Shown: positions 45,103 to 53,410 of the stretch, piece by piece
Layout: the number at the start of each line of letters is the position of its first letter
How positions within the stretch are numbered: the first letter of the stretch is position 1
From: a virus
Taxonomy: Duplodnaviria; Caudoviricetes
DNA length: 56,876 nt
Strand: one strand, 5' to 3'
Virus record (IMG/VR): IMGVR_UViG_3300022179_001846
Span: 1 to 56,876 of that record
Program-made: the position numbers and the translations under genes
The notes under the pieces: generated by a model
Told to the model about the DNA's origin: nothing
What the model saw: the letters and a program-made list of their open reading frames with translations, nothing else
Database searches by the model: none

Positions 45103-45905
45103 CAGTTCAACCGTCCTTCCTTCTTGAGCGCGACCTTGTTCTTCGCGTACTCCTCGGGGGTCATCTTCATCATCGCGGCCATCTCACGCTCTTCGCCAGA
45201 GAGGCGGACCACGTTGCCGCCCCGCGTCTCGCGGGATACCGGCGCAGCCGGTGGTGGTGTCGAACGCCTCGCGGCAGTCGACAGCGCCTCTTCGTTCGCG
45301 GGGGCCTTGCGAACCCCCAGCACACCCTCGACAGCTTCGAAATACTCGTCGCTGTCGGCGGCGTGGCCGTCGGCCACGGCCAGATTGTGCGCCGCGATCA
45401 TCTTCTGGTTCAGGCGCGGGTCGTTGACGAACTGCGGGTGCCTGCGCACCCACTCGGCCGAGCGCGGCGAGAGCTGCGAGGCGAACGCTTCGACAGGATC
45501 TGACGGTCGCGAGACCGGCATGGCGGGGGCAGGCGTCTTCTCCAGCGCCTGCTTGCCCTGTTCGAGCTGCAGAAGCTTGGCGGCATGGCTCGCCATGTCT
45601 TCCTGATAGCCTGCGGCGGCGTCATAGTCGCCGTTCGACATGGCCGCCTTGTAGTTGGCCTTGGCGATCTCGTTACTCTGGCGCAGCGTGTCGATGGCGT
45701 TGGACACGAGCTGCAGGTTCGTCTCCTGCACCGTCCCCTGCGCCTCGTGCGCCGCCATTTCGGCACTGTATCGCGCCTCTTCGGCGGCCTTGGCACGCGC
45801 CTCGGCCGCAGCCAAACGCTGCTTCAGGTCGTCGACGCCCTCGTCAAGCGTGACTTCCTTCGGCGCTGCCGCCTCTTCCTCAATGACAATGTCTTCGTTT
45901 TCCAT
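45102..45905 (-). CDS. Capsid scaffolding protein-like
   Basis: Acidic coiled coil; C-terminal VRLSGEEREMAAMMKMTPEEYAK; GAGGA RBS. Confidence 0.7.
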   Translation of the reverse strand: MENEDIVIEEEAAAPKEVTLDEGVDDLKQRLAAAEARAKAAEEARYSAEMAAHEAQGTVQETNLQLVSNAIDTLRQSNEIAKANYKAAMSNGDYDAAAGYQEDMASHAAKLLQLEQGKQALEKTPAPAMPVSRPSDPVEAFASQLSPRSAEWVRRHPQFVNDPRLNQKMIAAHNLAVADGHAADSDEYFEAVEGVLGVRKAPANEEALSTAARRSTPPPAAPVSRETRGGNVVRLSGEEREMAAMMKMTPEEYAKNKVALKKEGRLN

Positions 45906-45912
45906 GCTGTCC

Positions 45913-46305
45913 TCACCACACACGGTCGGGCTGGTCGACCTTGCCCCTGATCGCCGTGTCGTCGATCAGTCTGCAGGCGACGCCGTTGACGTTGATCGCC
46001 CAGCCATCACTGGGCCTGAAGATGACCCAGTCGCCCTCGTTGATGCTGGCGTCGGCAAACCACTCACCGCGCTCGTCAACGAAGGCCCTCGGACCCTTTT
46101 TCACGACAAGGCCCGCCTTACCCTGAATGCGGTCCTCAGACGTGTAATTGTCCGTCAGGTAGATACCCGACTTGGTCCGGTTGGGCCGCACGTAGATCGC
46201 GACCAGAACCGCGTTATTGAAGACGTCGACACCGGACGTGTCGCCAAGCGTGGCGAGCAGTTCCTTCTTCGGGTCAACCTCGTGTTTCATAGCCATCTGT
46301 GGCAT
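45913..46305 (-). CDS. groES: GroES-like co-chaperonin
   Basis: VLV...RTKSGIYL...GLVVKKGP..F....GDWVIF...RLIDDTAI. Confidence 0.8.
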   Translation of the reverse strand: MPQMAMKHEVDPKKELLATLGDTSGVDVFNNAVLVAIYVRPNRTKSGIYLTDNYTSEDRIQGKAGLVVKKGPRAFVDERGEWFADASINEGDWVIFRPSDGWAINVNGVACRLIDDTAIRGKVDQPDRVW

Positions 46306-46306
46306 G

Positions 46307-46507
46307 TCAGCTCCTCTCTGCGCCTTTAGTGATCGCCTCCGCTTCCTCGTAGATGTCGAGCGCCTCGCGGAGGCCTTGGAAGCGCCCGGTTTCGCGAGCG
46401 TACTCACGCTCGGTCATCGTCCCGTTCATCACGTTGTGCGTGATGACGGTCATGCGTTCGGCGGCAAGGTCATTGAACTTGCGGCCCAGTCTCGTGTCGA
46501 ACTTCAC
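46307..46507 (-). CDS. Small hypothetical protein
   Basis: GTG at 46507 with GGAGGAG RBS; EYARETGRFQGLREAL. Confidence 0.7.
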   Translation of the reverse strand: MKFDTRLGRKFNDLAAERMTVITHNVMNGTMTEREYARETGRFQGLREALDIYEEAEAITKGAERS

Positions 46508-46583
46508 TGGCTCCTCCCAGTGGCCGAAGGTGGGACGCTGCGCCGTGAGGAGCCGTCGCAGCGTCCCGGTCGCCGGCCAGCGA

Positions 46584-48035
46584 TTATCGCTTGTGCTTCT
46601 GGATCGCGATCTTCTCGATGCGGCCCATGCCGCCCAGAGCGCCCGCGTCCATGTCCTTGTAGGAGCGCGCGCGGCCGCCCGAGAGGCGCCCCACACGCTT
46701 GCCGTGCTCGATCTCGACCTTCTCCAGACGTCCCATGCCGCCCAGAGCGCCGGCGTCCATGTCCTTGTAGGACTTGTAGGCGGCGCGGCCGCCGCTCTTG
46801 CGCGGCATCGGGGGCATGCCCGGCGGGCCGCCCAGACCCGGCGGCGGGCCGGGAGGAGGCATCGGCATCGGCGGGGGCGGGCCAGCGCCCATGCCCGGGG
46901 GCACGATGGGCGGAGGCGGCATCGGCGGCAGCGTCGGCGCCTTCGGCATCATCGCCTGCTGGTCGTCGGGCTTCCCGGCGTTGATCGAAATGACGATGTT
47001 GGTCTTGCCCTTGGCGCGGCCGCCGCGCTTGCGCTCGACGCGGCCGCCCTTCTCGTAGCCAAGGACGTCGCGCAGCTTCTTCGTGCTGTTGCCAATCGGC
47101 GTCTCTTCTTCGGTCCACCCCTTGTCCTTGTCGTGGACTTCACTGACAGCGTGAAGAACGCCGTTCTTGTAAGAGTGCTTCAGGCCATGCTCCTTGAGCG
47201 CGCGGATCATGTGCGCGTCAGAGGCGCGAGCCGGTGCGCCCGAGAAATAGCCTTCATCATCGTCCGCGCCGCCTCCCTTGGCCTTGGCGAGGCGGCCGCC
47301 GGCGGGGCGCGTGCCGCCGTAATAGGTGCCGCCGCCCTTGGCCTTCTTGGGCATCATCGTGCCGCCGGGCGGGCTCGTCTTATCGCCCTGACCCTCGGCG
47401 GGGCCCTTGCCCGTCTGCAGCTTCTTCCAGTCTTCGTACTTGGGCTCGGGCGCAGGCGTCTCAGCTTCGCCGCCGGCGGCCTTCTTGGTGCGGCCGCCGC
47501 TCTTCTTACCCTCGATGAGCTTCTTGGCGAGCATCACGGGGGAGAGCGCCTCCAGCAGGCCGCCGCCTTCCTTGTGGGCGCGGCCGCCCTTCTTCAGCTT
47601 GATGTCTTCCTTCTTGCCGCCGTGCATGTTCTTGTCGTGCTGACGCAGGGCCTTCTTCACGAGTTGCTTGTCCTGCTCGACGTCGCCGCCGCTCTTGTAG
47701 CCGCCGACGTGCTTGTCGCCGCCCTCGCGGGCCTCGTTCGCCTTCTTCTCGTTGCGGTTGATCAGGTCGGTCACCAGCGAGCGGCCGCCGCTCTTGCGCT
47801 GCTTGCGGTCGGCGCGCATGGGGGCGGGGCCGCCCTCGCACTTCTCGATGACCTTGCCGCCCTTGCGGAAGGCGCGCCGCGAGATCGGACGCATGCCCGT
47901 CTTGACGTCGGTGTTCATCATCTCGGGCGGCGTCCAGTCCGAGGAATCGACCTTGGCCCTCGGCTCGCCCTTGCCACCCATGCGGTTGGCCTTGGCCTTC
48001 ATGGCCGCGCGTGCGGCCTTCGACATCTCACTCAT
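46584..48035 (-). CDS. Basic low-complexity xxGG-repeat protein with polyproline tract
   Basis: About 13 xxGG motifs; duplicated SYKDMDAGALGGMGR(L/I)EK; AAGGAG RBS. Confidence 0.8.
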   Translation of the reverse strand: MSEMSKAARAAMKAKANRMGGKGEPRAKVDSSDWTPPEMMNTDVKTGMRPISRRAFRKGGKVIEKCEGGPAPMRADRKQRKSGGRSLVTDLINRNEKKANEAREGGDKHVGGYKSGGDVEQDKQLVKKALRQHDKNMHGGKKEDIKLKKGGRAHKEGGGLLEALSPVMLAKKLIEGKKSGGRTKKAAGGEAETPAPEPKYEDWKKLQTGKGPAEGQGDKTSPPGGTMMPKKAKGGGTYYGGTRPAGGRLAKAKGGGADDDEGYFSGAPARASDAHMIRALKEHGLKHSYKNGVLHAVSEVHDKDKGWTEEETPIGNSTKKLRDVLGYEKGGRVERKRGGRAKGKTNIVISINAGKPDDQQAMMPKAPTLPPMPPPPIVPPGMGAGPPPPMPMPPPGPPPGLGGPPGMPPMPRKSGGRAAYKSYKDMDAGALGGMGRLEKVEIEHGKRVGRLSGGRARSYKDMDAGALGGMGRIEKIAIQKHKR

Positions 48036-48716
48036 CTATTTTCTCCTTGTAGCCGCGAGCGCACGCTCGACAATGTTGTTCGTTCGACCGCCACGTTTGA
48101 ACGCGCTGCCGCCGCCGGCGCTGCTGGCACCGCCGTCGCCGCCCGCGCCGTCAGCCCCTGCTGCGCCTGCCCCTCCGGTGCCGCCGCCGGCGTCGGCAGC
48201 GCCACTGCTGCTGCCGTCGCCTCCCATCAACGAAGCCATCCAGCTTCCGTAGTCGAACGCGGGGGCGTTCGGGATCCCGACGGGGGCCGCTGCCGTCGGT
48301 GCCGCGGGTTCCGCTGTCGTCGGTGCCGCGGGCGTCGCGGCTTTCGGGAACAGGCCCTCGTAAGTCTTGCCGTTCAGCGCCTGCGCCATCATGCGCTGGT
48401 AGGCATCGTTGGGGGCCTGCCCGAACATTGCCTGATAGTTGGCGGGTGCCTGCTGCTGCTGAGGAGCCTGCGCCGCAACCTGCTGGTTGAGGTTGCTGAA
48501 GGATCCTTTCAGGTTCTGCAGGAGCTGGTCGACGCCACCGCCGTCCGCGTAGCCAGCGCGGCCACCATTCCTGAAGTCGACACGGCCGCCGCGCTTGCGC
48601 GGTTCCGGCAATTCCCACCATTCAAGGCGGTGTTCCCCGGATTCGTGATGGTGATAGTGATCGTGGTTGTGAAACTGGGCGTGAAAGTCGTCAATTTCGA
48701 GCTTGGGGCGCTTCAC
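48036..48716 (-). CDS. Low-complexity xxGG-motif protein, His-rich N-terminus
   Basis: GTGA coupling; RKRGG, FRNGG, YADGG, FKRGG. Confidence 0.7.
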   Translation of the reverse strand: MKRPKLEIDDFHAQFHNHDHYHHHESGEHRLEWWELPEPRKRGGRVDFRNGGRAGYADGGGVDQLLQNLKGSFSNLNQQVAAQAPQQQQAPANYQAMFGQAPNDAYQRMMAQALNGKTYEGLFPKAATPAAPTTAEPAAPTAAAPVGIPNAPAFDYGSWMASLMGGDGSSSGAADAGGGTGGAGAAGADGAGGDGGASSAGGGSAFKRGGRTNNIVERALAATRRK

Positions 48717-51700
48717 TTCCCGCCTCCTGTGTCGTTCGTCTTGACTGGGGGTGCCGCGCGCTGAGTCTTGATCGTGACTATGCGGTTGGTCGGGAGCGTG
48801 TCGCCCAACATGGGCTTGCCATCCTTGCGCAGACCAACACTCGCGCCCCGCATGTAAGTGCCCTTGGCCGTTTTCTGTAGTCCGGGGTCGTACTTCACGA
48901 AGAAACCCTTTGAGTCAACGTGCGCGTTCGCCGTTGTGCCGGTGGCTTTCTTGTTTTTGAGGCCAACAATGACGCCGTCGGCACCGCGCGGCTGAATGTC
49001 AAGCGGCCGAAAGTCGTGCTTGTCACCGTTCACAACCTTGTAGTGCTTCCCAGTCTCTTCGTCGTGAACCATCTCGGGTAGATGTTCGCGATCACTAAAC
49101 GCCATAGCGACGTTCGACCCCGTGTCGAGGCGCTTGCGCATCTGCTTCCAGTTGCTGTGCGGGTTGTCGACACCGTCTTGCGACACGCCGGTCGACGAGT
49201 AGGTGTAGTGATGGTTTGGCGCAATCGGATTCGTGTTGTTCTTGGTATAATCGTAGAACGTCACGTCGGGATGGTTCTCGATGATCGCCTTGTGGATGCG
49301 CGGGTTGAGGTCCGACAACACATTGAGGCGGATGCCGAGGTGGTTGCCGTTCATCGCGGCCTCGCGCTTGGCGGACTCGATCTCGTCGTTGAGGCGCACT
49401 GCGAAGTTCTCGGGGTCGCGCAGCATGCCTATCGTCTTCTTCAGGCTGTTGAGGCGCGGCCCCTTGAAGGCGCTGAGATCCTTGCCGCCGCCGACCTTGA
49501 AGTAATTGCCTGACGTCTTGCCGAGGCACTCTGCCTTGCACGATGCGGAGTTAGGGCAAGTCGTAAACTTGCCTTCTTCGTAAGCAGGAGCCAACGCCAG
49601 ACCCACAGTCTCAACGCCGCGCCCATCAGGCAGCTGCACCGGCTCTTCATCACCGTAGCCTGTCTCCGACTTCAGCAATTTGGCATTCTTGGAAAGCAGT
49701 GGCACCGGGCGGCCCGTCTGCAGGCGCCCGATGTGCGCGCCCAACGAGTCGGCGGCGCGCTTGCTGTTAGCGATGCGGTCTGCAGGCTTCAACGCCAGAT
49801 GCTCGGAGATGCCTTTGTCGAAGGCATCCGAGAGAGACTTGACGCTGGTCTTGCCGACCTCGGTCGGTTGCGTCGTGATGTTGCGCAGCGTCGACTGTGC
49901 CTGCGCTATGGGGCTGCGCGGCTGGGCCAGCGACGTAAGATCGAGGGCGCGAGATACAACCGGGTTGTCGGCCCCGCCACCGTCAGCGTAACGCTGGCGC
50001 ATTCCTACATCTCCACCGCGCTTGAATGAGTTGAAGCCGTTGCCCTTGATGCTGTCGCGCATCTGCGGCGTGACGTCGAGGCTGTGCAGAGGTGCGGGCT
50101 GCGCCAGCTTGTCGCCGACATCGAGATCCCGCTCGGATTGCTCCCTGCGAGCATGCTCCATGTGATCGTTCTGAAGATCAGGAGCCAGTCTGTTCCACGC
50201 GGCCTCGGTCGGTGAATCGATGTCGTCTACGTTATGCGCCGAAGTGATCGCGCGCTGTCTGACGGCGTTGCTGTCAGGGGCGGCATTCAAACTATGTGCG
50301 TGCAGGTTCACCTTCGCCTGCGGGTCGTGCTGCTGCGCGAGAGCCTGCAGGCGCTTCGGCAGGATGTTGTCGTAGTAGCCGCGCATGCCCGCGCCGCCCA
50401 TCTTGAGGCCGTCGCCCTCAAGCTCGTGGTAGAATTCGCCGCCCAGCCGGCCGCGACCCTCGTAGCGTTGGGGGTTCTGCTTCAGGATTCGGTCGGCGGC
50501 CTCCTTGCCGATGTGCTTGGCCAGATCTTCCGGCTTCACGTCGTTGTGGTCGATGCCCCTGCCGTCGTGCGTCTCCGCGTTCAGGTAGCCGATGTCGGGG
50601 AAGTAAGTGATGTTCTTGACCTGACTGCTCAGGTCGTACCGCTTGTTCTGCTCGTCGCCCGGCGTGACGACGATCTTGTCGTAGCCGCCGTGCGCGGCTT
50701 CGTGCAGGACGCGCTTCAGTGCGAGGTCGGTCCACTTCTGAGTGTTGTCGACGTAGGGGCCGCGAGGGATGCCGGGCTTGTTCGGTGTATCAAAGTCGCG
50801 AACTTCGAGCTGCCCCTTCAAGCTATCGGGCAGCGTCTCGAAATACTTCTGCGCCTCTTCCTGTGTGTCGAAGGGTTGCGACCTGTTACCAGAGCGCCGG
50901 TTGTAGACCTCGTACTTGCTTTGGCTGGGCTCGGCGAAACCCTGATCACGGCCCTGCTGGCCCCAGTCGCTCTGGGCTTCCTCAAGGTGGAGGATCTTCT
51001 CGCCGCGGGGGCCTTTGCGGTCGGACATGCGGACGTGCGCGAGGACGTTAGGCTGCTCCCAGTGCCCCGCTGTGAAATGATCGGGGGCTTCGCGCAACGC
51101 GTCCATGGCCGCGTGGTACTCTTTTTGCGCCGGCGTCAGACGCGACATGATCTCTTTCGCCGCTTCAGGATCGCTATTATCCCCATATTCAGCGACCAGA
51201 CGGTCTTTCTCTGCGCGCGCGGTTTTCGCTCTTGCCGCCAGCGCCGTGCGCTCGCTCGGCGTGTGCAGCAGCACCTCGCGGTAGTTCTCCCCGCCGGGGA
51301 GGGTCAGAGTGGGGTCGCCGCCGAACTTGGTATCCTCGCCGCCAAGCTGCGTTTCCCCAAAGGGAACCGCATTATCCTCAAGGTGCTTGATCACCTCCTC
51401 TCGGGGAAGGGCCTTCGAGCCCAACGTGTCGAACTTGGAGTGCTTCAGCTCGTCGGGCTTGATGCCCGGCATCGCCGCGTACTGCTGCGGCGTGGCCTTC
51501 TTCTGGCCTTTGGCGCCGATGATCTTGGCCGCGCCGCTGTGGAGCTTGAAGGGCGGGACAGGGCCGCCGGTGGCGCGTTTGGCGCGCGACCAGTATCCGT
51601 ATTCATGCAAGCTATCGCCGTTCGTATACACCTCGTCGGCGCGCACGGTCTTGCCGATTACCTTGTACTTGCCGCGCAACGCACTCTCACCGTGCGCCCG

Positions 51701-53410
51701 CGCATACGCCGGATTCGTCGTGACCCAGTCACCGTGGTTGATGGTGTCGCCAGCAGTCTTAGGCACCGCGCGAAAAATAGGAATTTGCGCTTCAGGTTTA
51801 CCCCTTACTTCATGCGCAATTTTCAGCGTCTGGCGATCCATGGAAGTATCACCAGTGCCGTAGTAGCGGGCCCCCTGCGGACCGTACACATCATCAGGGT
51901 AGACCGTGCCGTTCGCCGTCAGATCGTGCAACGGCGCGCCGCCGTCGGGACCGGGAGGCCGGTGCCCGCCGCCGTAGTCGTCGACGCCGCCGCCATCAGC
52001 ATAGTGCGAGGGGCCGATGTACTTGCCGCCGCCGGGGCCGCTGTATCCGCCGCCGCCCGGAGACGGGTCCATGCCCCCGCCGGGGCCCGGGTAGATGTTG
52101 GCGATGCGACGCAGCAGGTTGCGCTGGTCGCGAGCGATCATGAGGGCGCGCTTGGTGGCGCTGCCGCCTGCGGCCTTGCCGATGTCGGCCTCGCTCGGAT
52201 CGAACGTGCCGCGGTTGCCGATGGCGCTCTTGATCTGCGTCGGATCCTTCAGGATGACGGCGACGTTTTGCCCTTCGGGCGTCCAGCTGTCGTAACCCTG
52301 CGCGCGGAGCTGATCGAACCACTCCGACTGCGCCTTTTTGTAGTTCTGCGCGCCCAGAACGCCTTCAGGAAGCGGCCCCGTGTGCGACTTGCCCAGCTTC
52401 AGGTGAACCGGGATGACGCGGCTGCGTGTGTTGGTGGGGATGAACTTGCCGCCTTCGTACTTGTGACCCTGACTGTCGTTGTTCTCGGCGTACATCGACG
52501 CGTCCTTCGGGTCGCGTGCGAACCACGCGCCGTGCCGGCCGATCTTGAACTTCGAGAAGTCGACGTCCTTCGACGTGCCGTGATACCACCGCTCGGGGGA
52601 GCCGCCCCACTGCTCGAACGCCTGCTGGCGCCCGGGGCTGCCGACCGCATGACGGACATCACCGCCCCGCGCGTAGTTCACGTGCATGTCTTCGGGGTCG
52701 TACTGCCCCCGGTTGCCGATAGCCGACTTGATCTGCGCGCGCCCCGGCGGGTGCAGCGCGATGACCTCCTCGTCCTTGCTGGGATGCTCGCCGATGCCGT
52801 GGTCGTCATAGAACGCCTCGTCCTTCGCCGTGGCGTCGAACCCGGCCCAGAGGATCCCGTCATAGCCGTCTTCCAAAAGCATCTTGCGCGACTCTGACGA
52901 GATCAGCAGCGGGAACTCTCCGCTGCCTTTGGCGTAGCTCTGTCGAGCCCAGTCGCGCATGCTCTTGTTGTCGATCACGAGCGGGTTGCGGATGTCGGCA
53001 TGCACCGGCATCACGTTGGCACCGCTCTTAAACTTGTCCTCGAACCCGCCGACGTGATGCCCCGCCGGCTGCTTGTCGGGGTACGGCGACAGCCACGTCG
53101 CGGGGCCGCTCGGCATCTCGTTCGCGGGGTTCGGCCCGCCGGGGATGAACGTGTCGAAGCTCTTGGGCGTGGCGTGGTAAAGCCGCAGGGGGTTGCCCTC
53201 GCCGTCGCGGATCTTGCTGTTGCCGTGCCAGCGGTTGAAGTTCTCCTCGCGCTCGGGCGTGCCGGGAGGAGAGAAGCTGCCGTGGCCCTCGCGCGCCATC
53301 TGGTCGGTCTTCCACGCCGCGCGCGCGTCGGGGTCCATCGAGGCGTAGGTCGACGGAACCTTGAGCGGCTCCGACGCAATCATCAAGGCGCGGCGGACGT
53401 CCTTAGCCAT
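48713..53410 (-). CDS. Large polyvalent protein (ADP-ribosyltransferase-like domains, LPD-like domain, GP88-like C-terminus)
   Basis: YHATPKSFDTF and YHGTSKDVDFSKF each ending QIKSAIGNRG.(Y/F)DP; FRAVP..INHGDWVT; GGENYREVLL..LEEAQSDW; CPNSASCKAEC..RLNVLSD..FYDYTK. Confidence 0.8.
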   Translation of the reverse strand: MAKDVRRALMIASEPLKVPSTYASMDPDARAAWKTDQMAREGHGSFSPPGTPEREENFNRWHGNSKIRDGEGNPLRLYHATPKSFDTFIPGGPNPANEMPSGPATWLSPYPDKQPAGHHVGGFEDKFKSGANVMPVHADIRNPLVIDNKSMRDWARQSYAKGSGEFPLLISSESRKMLLEDGYDGILWAGFDATAKDEAFYDDHGIGEHPSKDEEVIALHPPGRAQIKSAIGNRGQYDPEDMHVNYARGGDVRHAVGSPGRQQAFEQWGGSPERWYHGTSKDVDFSKFKIGRHGAWFARDPKDASMYAENNDSQGHKYEGGKFIPTNTRSRVIPVHLKLGKSHTGPLPEGVLGAQNYKKAQSEWFDQLRAQGYDSWTPEGQNVAVILKDPTQIKSAIGNRGTFDPSEADIGKAAGGSATKRALMIARDQRNLLRRIANIYPGPGGGMDPSPGGGGYSGPGGGKYIGPSHYADGGGVDDYGGGHRPPGPDGGAPLHDLTANGTVYPDDVYGPQGARYYGTGDTSMDRQTLKIAHEVRGKPEAQIPIFRAVPKTAGDTINHGDWVTTNPAYARAHGESALRGKYKVIGKTVRADEVYTNGDSLHEYGYWSRAKRATGGPVPPFKLHSGAAKIIGAKGQKKATPQQYAAMPGIKPDELKHSKFDTLGSKALPREEVIKHLEDNAVPFGETQLGGEDTKFGGDPTLTLPGGENYREVLLHTPSERTALAARAKTARAEKDRLVAEYGDNSDPEAAKEIMSRLTPAQKEYHAAMDALREAPDHFTAGHWEQPNVLAHVRMSDRKGPRGEKILHLEEAQSDWGQQGRDQGFAEPSQSKYEVYNRRSGNRSQPFDTQEEAQKYFETLPDSLKGQLEVRDFDTPNKPGIPRGPYVDNTQKWTDLALKRVLHEAAHGGYDKIVVTPGDEQNKRYDLSSQVKNITYFPDIGYLNAETHDGRGIDHNDVKPEDLAKHIGKEAADRILKQNPQRYEGRGRLGGEFYHELEGDGLKMGGAGMRGYYDNILPKRLQALAQQHDPQAKVNLHAHSLNAAPDSNAVRQRAITSAHNVDDIDSPTEAAWNRLAPDLQNDHMEHARREQSERDLDVGDKLAQPAPLHSLDVTPQMRDSIKGNGFNSFKRGGDVGMRQRYADGGGADNPVVSRALDLTSLAQPRSPIAQAQSTLRNITTQPTEVGKTSVKSLSDAFDKGISEHLALKPADRIANSKRAADSLGAHIGRLQTGRPVPLLSKNAKLLKSETGYGDEEPVQLPDGRGVETVGLALAPAYEEGKFTTCPNSASCKAECLGKTSGNYFKVGGGKDLSAFKGPRLNSLKKTIGMLRDPENFAVRLNDEIESAKREAAMNGNHLGIRLNVLSDLNPRIHKAIIENHPDVTFYDYTKNNTNPIAPNHHYTYSSTGVSQDGVDNPHSNWKQMRKRLDTGSNVAMAFSDREHLPEMVHDEETGKHYKVVNGDKHDFRPLDIQPRGADGVIVGLKNKKATGTTANAHVDSKGFFVKYDPGLQKTAKGTYMRGASVGLRKDGKPMLGDTLPTNRIVTIKTQRAAPPVKTNDTGGGK

